Source of the DNA: Trueperaceae bacterium
GTDB taxonomy: Bacteria; Deinococcota; Deinococci; Deinococcales; Trueperaceae
Assembly (NCBI GenBank): GCA_965213925.1
Contig: CBDCAM010000001.1
Location: 1 to 64,000, forward strand
Direction: 5' to 3'
DNA length: 64,000 nt
The position numbers and the translations under genes are program-made. The notes beneath the pieces were generated by a model, which saw only the letters and a program-made list of their open reading frames with translations, was not told where the DNA came from and searched no databases. Below are positions 57,555 to 64,000 of the stretch, one piece after another (the first letter of the stretch is position 1; each line of letters opens with the position of its first letter).

Positions 57555-58460
57555 ATGCAGCGCCGCAGCATCCTTTCTTTGCCGACCGGGCTCCTTTTTC
57601 TCTTGCCCGCCGGGGTCTTCGTCTTTGTTTTTATCATCCTGCCCTTTTTCTGGATTGCCGCGGTCAGCTTTACGAACCGCACGCTCACCGGGCGCACCGC
57701 CGTCGACCCGGAATTTGTAGGGTTTGCCAACTACCTGCGCCTGTTCGACCCGGACAGCTTCATGCGGGCGGGCGAGTTCGGTTCGTCGCTGCTGATTACC
57801 GGGCAGTTCGTATTTTTTTCGGCCCTCATGGGGCAGGCGCTGCTCGGGTTACTGCTCGCTTATTTTTTCTACGGACGGCGCGGTGCTGTGCAGGGTACGG
57901 TGCAAACCCTGGCGATTCTCGCCTGGATCATGCCGGACGTGGTGGTGGCGTTCGCCTGGTTCGCGTTTCTCGACTATGACGCTGGCACTCTCAACCAAAT
58001 CTTCAGCAGTTTGGGGCTGGGGCGACCCGACTGGCTGTTGCGCCTGCCGCTCTTCTCAATTATTATCTTCAACATCTGGCGGGGTACTGCTTTTTCGATG
58101 TTGCTCTTTTCTTCGGCGCTCGGTTCGATTCCGCCGAGCCACTTGGAGACCGCTTCGGTCGCCGGAGCGACGGCTTGGCAGAAGCTACGCGACATTATTT
58201 TACCGCTCATCCGCACGCACATCGTCACCGACCTTATTTTGATAACGCTGTGGAGCTTCAACACGTTTACGCCCTTTTTGCTGACCGGCGGGGGTCCGGC
58301 GTTCAAGACCGACGTGGTGGCGATTTTCACCTACCGGGAGGCGTTCAAGTTCTTTCGCTTTGGCGAAGGGAGTGCGGTCGGCATGGTGATGATGCTCATC
58401 AACCTGGGTTTCGCACTCGTCTACCTGGCTGTTTTGCGCCGGGGCGAGGCGCGGGCATGA
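57555..58460 (+). CDS. Carbohydrate ABC permease (MalF-like)
   Basis: FVGFANY, EAA-like ETASVAGA and LTGGGP motifs. Confidence 0.9.
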   Translation: MQRRSILSLPTGLLFLLPAGVFVFVFIILPFFWIAAVSFTNRTLTGRTAVDPEFVGFANYLRLFDPDSFMRAGEFGSSLLITGQFVFFSALMGQALLGLLLAYFFYGRRGAVQGTVQTLAILAWIMPDVVVAFAWFAFLDYDAGTLNQIFSSLGLGRPDWLLRLPLFSIIIFNIWRGTAFSMLLFSSALGSIPPSHLETASVAGATAWQKLRDIILPLIRTHIVTDLILITLWSFNTFTPFLLTGGGPAFKTDVVAIFTYREAFKFFRFGEGSAVGMVMMLINLGFALVYLAVLRRGEARA

Positions 58461-59284
58461 CCTTTCGCGCGATTCTCACCCGTATTGGCTTTTACGTGGG
58501 GGCGGTGCTGTTCTCGAGCTTTTTCGCCCTGCCGCTGCTCTGGCTCGTGTTCGCGCCTTTCAACCGGCTGGCGACCCTGTCGGTACGGGTGCCTGAAAGG
58601 TGGACGCTTGCCAACTTCGGCGAGGTGTTCGCCAACACCTTTGCGCTGCGCGCACTTGTTCAAAACAGCGTGATACAGGCGGCGGGAGCCATGCTCCTGA
58701 TCACCCTGTTTGCCACCCTCGCCGCTTACGCGCTGTCACGGGCGCGCATCCCCGGCAGCGACCTGCTCAGTTACGGTCTGGTGCTGTTCTCGTCGGTGGT
58801 GACCGGCACAGCGGCGATGGTGCCGATTTTCCTGCTCATCTTCCGGCTCGGTCTGATCGACACGCACCTGGGCGTCATCCTCGTCTTTACGGGCGGACTG
58901 CTGCCCGCTGCAATTTTCATCATGCGGGACTTTGTGGACTCGGTGCCCCGCTCTTACGAGGAGTCGGCGCTGGTCGCGGGTGCCGGACCGTGGCGCGTCT
59001 TTAACGACATCGCGCTGCCTATCGTCCGCCCCGGCATGATGGTGGTGGCGGTGTGGGCGTTTGTAAACGTGTGGGGCGGCTTTCTGATTCCGTTTATCCT
59101 GCTACGCAGCTCTGAAAAGATGCCCGCCTCGGTCGCCATCTACTCGTTTTACACCGAAGCGGGTACGCCCCTGATCACGCTCACGGCGGCCTATTCGCTG
59201 CTCTACACGCTGCCGGTTCTTCTCTTGTATTTGTTCGTGAACTGGCGCTACGGCTTCCGCTTTTTCGGGGGTATCAAAGCGTGA
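58457..59284 (+). CDS. Carbohydrate ABC permease (MalG-like)
   Basis: AAYALSR, EESALVAGA and GGIK* motifs; ATGA overlap. Confidence 0.9.
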   Translation: MTFRAILTRIGFYVGAVLFSSFFALPLLWLVFAPFNRLATLSVRVPERWTLANFGEVFANTFALRALVQNSVIQAAGAMLLITLFATLAAYALSRARIPGSDLLSYGLVLFSSVVTGTAAMVPIFLLIFRLGLIDTHLGVILVFTGGLLPAAIFIMRDFVDSVPRSYEESALVAGAGPWRVFNDIALPIVRPGMMVVAVWAFVNVWGGFLIPFILLRSSEKMPASVAIYSFYTEAGTPLITLTAAYSLLYTLPVLLLYLFVNWRYGFRFFGGIKA

Positions 59285-59302
59285 GAAGGGCTGCCCGCCG
59301 CG

Positions 59303-60391
59303 ATGGCTAAGGTCGCGTTTCAGAACATCAGCAAGCACTTTGGAACGGTCAAGGCGGTTGACGACGTTTCATTCGAGATAGATGACGGCGAGTTCATCTG
59401 TCTGCTCGGTCCCTCGGGCTGCGGCAAGACGACCAGCCTGCGTATGGTCGCCGGACTCGAGCCCCCCACCGAAGGTCGCATCCTTATCGGCGACACCGAC
59501 GTGACGAAGTTGCCCCCCAAAGACCGCGACATCGGCATGGTGTTTCAAGACTACGCGCTGTACCCGCACATGACGATTGCCGACAACATCACCTATCCCC
59601 TCAAAGTGCGCGGCGCAAGTAGTGAGGAGCGTCGCCGCCGCGCCGCCGAGGTGGCAAAAAGCTTGCAAATCGGGCAGCTACTCGACCGCCGCCCCGGTCA
59701 GATTTCGGGGGGACAACAGCAGCGCACCTCGGTCGCCCGCGCGGTGGTGCATAAACCGCAAGTCTTTTTGTTCGATGAGCCCTTGTCTAACCTCGACGCG
59801 AAGTTGCGGCTCGAGGCGCGCAGCTTTCTCAAACACTTACAACAAGAACTCGGCGTGACCGCTATTTACGTGACCCACGACCAGGCTGAGGCGATGGCCT
59901 TGGCCGACCGCATCGCGGTGATGGAAAGCGGCAAAATCGTTCAGATGGGACCGCCTTTGGAGGTTTACCGGCGACCGGCGAACACCTTCGTCGCCAACTT
60001 TATCGGCAGCCCACCGATGAACTTGCTCCCGGTGCAGGTTGAAGGAAGGGGCAAGACACGCCACTTCGTCACCGACGGCTTCAGGCTCGAGGCTTCTGCC
60101 CTGGCACATCGCTTGGAAGCTTTTGCCGACGGCGCGAGTCTCACCCTCGGCGTCCGTCCCGAGCACTTGCGTTTAGGCCGTGAAGGCGAAGCGTGGACAC
60201 TCCCTGGCAACCTGTACGCCACCGAACCGCTCGGTCCCGAAACGCTTGTCACGCTCACGGTCGGCGAGGGGCTGGTGACGGCTCGCCTGTTCGGTGATGA
60301 CCCCCCTGAAGTCAGCGGGCGCACCTTTTTACAGCTCGAGCCCGAACACCTTCACCTGTTCGGTGAGGACGGACGGCGGCTCGAGTCTTGA
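59303..60391 (+). CDS. Carbohydrate ABC ATPase (MalK/UgpC-like)
   Basis: GPSGCGKT, VFQDYALYPH, ISGGQQQR, DEPLSNLD and GVRPE motifs. Confidence 0.93.
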   Translation: MAKVAFQNISKHFGTVKAVDDVSFEIDDGEFICLLGPSGCGKTTSLRMVAGLEPPTEGRILIGDTDVTKLPPKDRDIGMVFQDYALYPHMTIADNITYPLKVRGASSEERRRRAAEVAKSLQIGQLLDRRPGQISGGQQQRTSVARAVVHKPQVFLFDEPLSNLDAKLRLEARSFLKHLQQELGVTAIYVTHDQAEAMALADRIAVMESGKIVQMGPPLEVYRRPANTFVANFIGSPPMNLLPVQVEGRGKTRHFVTDGFRLEASALAHRLEAFADGASLTLGVRPEHLRLGREGEAWTLPGNLYATEPLGPETLVTLTVGEGLVTARLFGDDPPEVSGRTFLQLEPEHLHLFGEDGRRLES

Positions 60392-61824
60392 CCCGAGCCG
60401 TTGAGAGCAAAACGTTCGAGGGTACCCTCACCCCTGCTGAGCGTGCCAGGAGCCCTTATCTCTATCTTCCCTTCGAGGTGCCCCCTGGTATGACCCGCCT
60501 CGACATGAGCTACAGCTTCGACGAAGAGAACAGCATCCTCGACCTCGGTCTGTTCGACCCTACCCTGGGACCTTTTCCGTCACGCAGCGGCTTTCGCGGC
60601 TGGAGCGGCAGCGCGAGGCGTGAGGTGTACGTCGCGCGAGACGGGGCGACACCCGGCTATATTCCCGGTGAGATTGTGCCGGGAACCTGGCAGGTCGTGT
60701 TCGGCCTGGCGCGGGTTCTCGACGGCTGTCGCTACCGGGTCGAGGTCGGTTGGGACGACGCGCCCCGGCCCCTTGTGGCACCCGTGAGGCGTGTGGGCGT
60801 GGCTCGAGCTAACCCCGGACTTTACCGCGGTGATTTGCAAAGCCATACCTTTTACAGCGATGCTAAGGGCTCACCAGAAGACCTCGTTGCCGTTGCCAAA
60901 GAGCGTAGCCTCGACTTTCTTGCCGTCACCGACCACAACACGAACAGCCATCACCGCAAGTTGGGAGAGTTGAGTTCACCTGACCTCCTGCTGATTCCAG
61001 GTGAGGAGATTACGACTTACCGAGGTCATGCGAACGTCTGGGGGGTAGACGGTTGGGTCGACTTTCGGGTTGAGCAAGAGGAATATTTAGACGTGCTCGT
61101 CGACTACGTTCACGCTCGAGGCGGCCTCTTTTCGGTCAATCATCCCAAAGCCACCCCGAACTGCCTCGGCTGCGATTGGGAGTACGAAGTTCCTAGTGCG
61201 ACCGACAGCTTAGAAGCCTGGCAGGGACCGTGGGCATACCAAAACTGGGAATCTCTATCGCGCTACGACGTCCTATTGCGTCAAGGGCGACGCCTTGCAC
61301 TCGTCGGTGGCAGCGACCGTCACCAGCCCGGCTACCCCGATACCGACCCGACCTTTTTGCAAGTCGGCTCACCTACGACCTGGCTCTGGCTGGACGACCT
61401 CTCCGTCGCCAGCATTTTGAAGGCGGTAAAGACCGGACGCGGTTTTGTCAGCGAAAGCCCTAACGGCCCTCGGCTCGAGCTGCGCGTTGGGGGGCAGGAA
61501 ATGGGCGACACTCTGCAGCGTGCGCCCGGTAACGCGGTGACCGCAAGTGCTCGAGTCGAAGGTGCACAGGGCGACCTGCTTCGCTGGGTCGGAAGCGAGG
61601 GTGTAGTACGCGAGACGGTTATAGATGCAGAACATTTCTCAGACGAATGGCAGTGGCAGGTCGCGGGACGCTATATTCGGCTCGAGGTGGTTGCCAAAGC
61701 TTCACTGCCTTTTTTCAAAGCAGAACTCGCGCGGCTCGAGCAAGTTAAAGAACGACCAAACTTTCTTTCTATCTTAGAGCAGCCCTGGAGGCGCGCCCTG
61801 AGTAACCCAGTTTATGTTTCGTGA
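60388..61824 (+). CDS. PHP-domain (CehA/McbA-like) metallohydrolase
   Basis: GDLQSHT..SD, TDHN, GEE, GHAN, NHP, GGSDRH and SNP motifs. Confidence 0.8.
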   Translation: MTRAVESKTFEGTLTPAERARSPYLYLPFEVPPGMTRLDMSYSFDEENSILDLGLFDPTLGPFPSRSGFRGWSGSARREVYVARDGATPGYIPGEIVPGTWQVVFGLARVLDGCRYRVEVGWDDAPRPLVAPVRRVGVARANPGLYRGDLQSHTFYSDAKGSPEDLVAVAKERSLDFLAVTDHNTNSHHRKLGELSSPDLLLIPGEEITTYRGHANVWGVDGWVDFRVEQEEYLDVLVDYVHARGGLFSVNHPKATPNCLGCDWEYEVPSATDSLEAWQGPWAYQNWESLSRYDVLLRQGRRLALVGGSDRHQPGYPDTDPTFLQVGSPTTWLWLDDLSVASILKAVKTGRGFVSESPNGPRLELRVGGQEMGDTLQRAPGNAVTASARVEGAQGDLLRWVGSEGVVRETVIDAEHFSDEWQWQVAGRYIRLEVVAKASLPFFKAELARLEQVKERPNFLSILEQPWRRALSNPVYVS

Positions 61825-62056
61825 CAGTTCGCTCTGGAACAGATAAATTCTAATCTCATTCATGTTTTGCCTTTACTCAAAACTACGTGAGACACGTATA
61901 ATTTGCCGAGGTGCTATTTCATCAATCCCCTCAAGCTTGTGTCTACCGCGGCGTTCTCACCTTGGGGTTTTTGGCCCAACGCCGGTTCTTCCTAGCTTTT
62001 GATGAGCAAAGTTGGACCACTGGAAGTTTGCTTCTCTGACCCCTTTTCAGTCAGCT

Positions 62057-63042
62057 TCAACCAGCATGGAGCACGCGCGCTTTAAGCAGGTCGAAGTTGG
62101 CGCGTCCATACATGGAGTGCTTAATCAGCTTAAGGCGATTCACCTGCCCTTCGACCTGACCGTTGCTATAGGGTAAAGTCAGCGCCGCTTCCACCGCCGC
62201 TTGGTCGAGCCGAATGCCGTTGGCAAAGCGGCGCAGCTCGGTCACGCCACTCGCAAGTGCCTCTTTCAACCAAACCTCGAAAGGCTGCGGGTCCCTTTTG
62301 CGCAGCATCTCTGCGAATCGCTGGGCCAGGTTGTAACAATGTGGTGCGTCCGGGCAGGTGGCAAGCACCCTCTCTAAACGCGCTCTACCTACCTTGCCGA
62401 GTTCGTCTGCGGGGCAGGTGAAAAGTCTAGCCGCCTCCCTCGGAAGGTAGCGCTTGAGTTGTGGGGCGGGCGCGGCGTTCGCTGTTTGCGATTCTGACGC
62501 CGAGTTGCGCAGGTAGATGAGGTAGTTCGAGACCAGAATCGCGGAGCCGGTGAAGCCTTGGTCGGTAATCTCACGCCACAGCGTCTTAGGCTTTTCACAC
62601 CCTTCGCGCCAGCGCTTCTCGAGATGAGGCTTGTAAGGGTCTAAGATGCTGCGCCTGCCGCCTGACTTTTTACGTTCTGGCAGCGTGGTCATCGTACTCC
62701 AGCGCCTTAAGGTGCGGGTGCTTATGCCGACCTCGCTAACGATGGCCTCGCTGCTGCAACCTTACTTACGCATGAGGGCCGCTTTCTCAAACTGAGCAAT
62801 ACGCTCCGCCCGTCGCGCCTTGTGAGCCTCAGCCTGCTTTGGGGTCAGTTGCCAGGTGGCGGCGAGACGCGCGGGTGCGTTCTCGTCGGTTGAGCCCACG
62901 ATGACCTCTTCGGTGAGGTGACTACGGTGACGCCCTAACCAAGCTTCAAGTACGTCGCCAAGGTTTTTGAAGAGGTGCCAGCGGTCGGCGACTTGAACGG
63001 CCTCGGGTGCCGCCTCCTTCGCGGCGAGGGTGTAGTCGCTAC
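62057..63042 (-). pseudogene. ISL3-family transposase remnant
   Basis: QVADRWHL and SNGQVEGQVNRLKLIK.SMYGR motifs; in-frame TAA at 62762-62764; cut by the IS6 at 63043; probable terminus near 61984. Confidence 0.85.
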
Positions 63043-63875
63043 GGTTGCGTCAAGTTGTTTGAGATGAGGTGACGTCTAGCTACGGCGGCCCGCTGCATCT
63101 GTAGCCCTTGCGGCCTTTTCTAGGAAGCTGACAGCGACAGCTCTGCCCATACCCCAAAATCGCTCGTCCAGTTGCGGCGGCGTAGGTTGGCGGGTGTGCG
63201 GGCACGGGTGTAACGGAAGAGATGGTTGACCTCGGCGTGGGTAAAGAGAAAACTTTGGGCACGACCCGAACCTCTAAAGCCTCGTTGCTGTCGTTCTTGG
63301 TCTCGCGTCGGCCGGTGGCTCTGCTCGACGAGGTTGTTCTGGCGCTCCGCCGCCGAGACGGTGACGTGCTCCGTCGCGCCTAGCTCGGGCAGCTCTCGAA
63401 GGGCAGCACCATAGCTCCTAAGGCCGTCGGTCACGATCTGCTCGGGGACATCTTGCTCGTCCAGCAGTCTGCGGAAAAAGCGCTTGGCCGCCTCTGTGTC
63501 ACGCTCCTTTTGCATGAACACGTCCAGCACCTCGCCATGCTCATCCACTGCCCGCCAGAGCCAATGGACCACACCGCCTAGCACTATACGCATCTCATCC
63601 AGGTGCCACGTCCTACCCCGCCTCGGCTTACGCTGACGCAGCGCCTCGGCTATGGCGGGTCCGAACCTGGCGCACCACGCCCTTACCGTCTCGTGACTCA
63701 CATCAACGCCCCGCTCGAAGAGCAGCTCCTGCACGTCCCTATACGAAAGCAGAAAGCGGTGGTAGAGGTAGACCGCATGCGAGATGACCGCTTTGGGGAA
63801 GCGGTAGCCCTTGGGTCGTTCGGCACTCTCGGTCATTGGGGCAGCCTAACCCATCTCAAACAACTTGACGCAACC
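63043..63875 (-). mobile_element. IS6-family element
   Basis: Perfect 24-bp IRs GGTTGCGTCAAGTTGTTTGAGATG at 63043-63066 and 63852-63875. Confidence 0.92.
63120..63836 (-). CDS. IS6-family transposase
   Basis: GYRFP, WHLDE, WLWRAVD, VTDGL and NNLVEQSH motifs. Confidence 0.92.
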   Translation of the reverse strand: MTESAERPKGYRFPKAVISHAVYLYHRFLLSYRDVQELLFERGVDVSHETVRAWCARFGPAIAEALRQRKPRRGRTWHLDEMRIVLGGVVHWLWRAVDEHGEVLDVFMQKERDTEAAKRFFRRLLDEQDVPEQIVTDGLRSYGAALRELPELGATEHVTVSAAERQNNLVEQSHRPTRDQERQQRGFRGSGRAQSFLFTHAEVNHLFRYTRARTPANLRRRNWTSDFGVWAELSLSAS

Positions 63876-63889
63876 CATCATGCCTGTTT

Positions 63890-64000
63890 CTACTGCTGTG
63901 GCAGCTTAATTTGGGACATCACTTCAACGGCTTTTCCTGTACTTAATGAGCGATTGGCGGCAACTCCCACCAAGACACTGATGATGCCATCCATATAACC
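63890..64000 (-). CDS. C-terminus of a probable Gfo/Idh/MocA oxidoreductase (partial)
   Basis: Manual translation GYMDGIISVLVGVAANRSLSTGKAVEV...*. Confidence 0.55.
   Translation of the reverse strand, partial: GYMDGIISVLVGVAANRSLSTGKAVEVMSQIKLPQQ

Noticed and set aside
1..64000. tRNA, rRNA, riboswitches, defence or toxin-antitoxin genes
   Set aside because: None recognised by eye; an Rfam/Infernal scan of intergenic gaps (e.g. 21700-22030, 55185-55530) would be needed to exclude RNAs.

Overview
A 64-kb bacterial accessory region. CTCGAG richness and leaderless TANNNT-6nt-ATG promoters suggest Deinococcota (inference). It holds four catabolic/uptake blocks separated by IS debris. (1) 1-15.5 kb: a minus-strand GntR-led operon with peptide-type ABC genes, an aminotransferase plus a Lys-less partner, two dehydrogenases, three AstE/AspA-family deacylases, S9 and M24 hydrolases and a VOC protein. 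An IS cluster (IS110, four IS6-family copies/remnants, an IS630 stub) follows at 15.6-21.7 kb. (2) 22-34.5 kb and (3) 34.6-55.2 kb: two parallel modules built around DegT-family aminotransferases, Gfo/Idh/MocA dehydrogenases, 2OG/Fe dioxygenases, amidohydrolases and family-5 ABC binding proteins, with several deletion scars. (4) 55.5-61.8 kb: a sugar-type ABC operon with GrpB and PHP genes, followed by ISL3/IS6 debris. The standout is an IS110 element (15655-16820) whose left-end non-coding region folds into a two-loop bridge RNA. Its four guide segments match both its own donor junction and its insertion site. That site is the left terminal inverted repeat of an IS6 element, so this appears to be an RNA-guided recombinase programmed against another transposon's ends. 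All family calls come from motif recognition by eye; no database searches were run.
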